In this document: positions 63,761 through 64,000 of the stretch, one piece after another
How positions within the stretch are numbered: position 1 is the stretch's first letter
How the letters are laid out: each line of letters begins with the position of its first letter
Source: Eledone cirrhosa
Lineage: Eukaryota
DNA: 64,000 nucleotides
Assembly: GCA_964016885.1 (NCBI GenBank)
Contig: OZ024744.1
Coordinates: 3,224,001 to 3,288,000 of the forward strand
Direction of reading: 5' to 3'
Position numbers and translations under genes: made by a program
Notes under the pieces: model-generated
Database searches by the model: none
What the model was told of the DNA's origin: nothing
The model's input: only the letters and a program-made list of their open reading frames with translations

Positions 63761-64000
63761 ATAGCTTGGTGAATAACAAAGTTTTGGGAGAAGACAAGGT
63801 CGAGAAAGATAGCTTGGTGGAGAACGAAGTTTTGAGGGTAGACAAGGTAGAGAAAGATAGCTTGGTGAAGAACGACGTTTTGAGGGAAGACAAGATAGAG
63901 AAAGATAGCTTGGTGAAGAACGACGTTTTGTGGGAAGACAAGGTAGAGAAAGATAGCTTGGTGAAGAACGAAGTTTTGTGGGAAGACAAGGTAGAGAAAG

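Larger units (their letters stand above)
1..64000. repeat. 48-bp tandem satellite array (~1,335 monomers, single orientation, extends beyond both window ends)
   Basis: Consensus GGTGAAGAACGAAGTTTTGGGGGAAGACAAGGTAGAGAAAGATAGCTT recurs every 48 bp (occasionally 47 or 49) from base 1 to 64000. Monomers differ from consensus by about 0-5 bases. Consensus composition is A18 G18 T9 C3 (75% purine, 44% GC). Confidence 0.99.

Noticed and set aside
1249-63989. Giant minus-strand ORFs (up to 4009 aa; Ser/Pro/Leu/Phe-rich, superficially extensin- or membrane-like)
   Set aside because: All three minus frames are open simply because the pyrimidine-rich strand lacks stops. The ORFs overlap each other and switch peptide at every indel, which is not gene-like.
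1-64000. CRISPR array
   Set aside because: There are no unique spacers: the whole 48 bp is repeated with only point variants. No leader or cas genes are present.
1-64000. Indels as homopolymer sequencing errors and HORs as pure assembly artefacts
   Set aside because: Indels are linked to specific substitutions and recur at exact HOR offsets. Duplicate copies carry private differences (e.g. ~4442 and ~5072 versus the first 3019-bp copy). Read-level confirmation is still needed.
1-64000. Canonical G-quadruplex array
   Set aside because: There is only one run of 3 or more G per monomer, about 43 nt apart and often interrupted. It does not fit G3+N1-7 patterns; at most weak two-tier structures are possible.
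1-64000. Assignment to a named satellite family (e.g. human 48-bp CER or legume ~50-bp satellites) or to an organism
   Set aside because: Only the monomer length is similar. I cannot verify sequence similarity without a database search.
1-64000. Embedded transposon, RNA gene, promoter/terminator or inverted segment
   Set aside because: I found no non-repeat sequence or strand switch on reading through. Shine-Dalgarno-like GGAG/GAGG and splice-like AGGTA motifs are merely parts of the monomer.

Overview
The whole 64-kb window is one uninterrupted, head-to-tail tandem array (satellite DNA) of a 48-bp monomer, consensus GGTGAAGAACGAAGTTTTGGGGGAAGACAAGGTAGAGAAAGATAGCTT, about 1,335 copies, all in one orientation and running off both ends. 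I see no unique sequence, credible gene, RNA gene, transposon or CRISPR spacer. All listed ORFs are by-products of a monomer that is a multiple of 3 and stop-free in 4 of 6 frames. The information lies in the order of a limited set of monomer variants. They form (i) a recurring cassette of about 15 monomers, (ii) local higher-order duplications with periods of about 2.0-4.9 kb that change along the array, and (iii) a left-to-right turnover of diagnostic variants. The monomer has an 18+18+12 bp substructure and a codon-like base pattern, hinting at a coding-repeat origin. This looks like a eukaryotic, possibly centromeric/pericentromeric or subtelomeric satellite, but I cannot establish organism, family or function from the sequence. 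Block boundaries are approximate and read by eye; offsets come from the ORF-track coordinates and marker positions.
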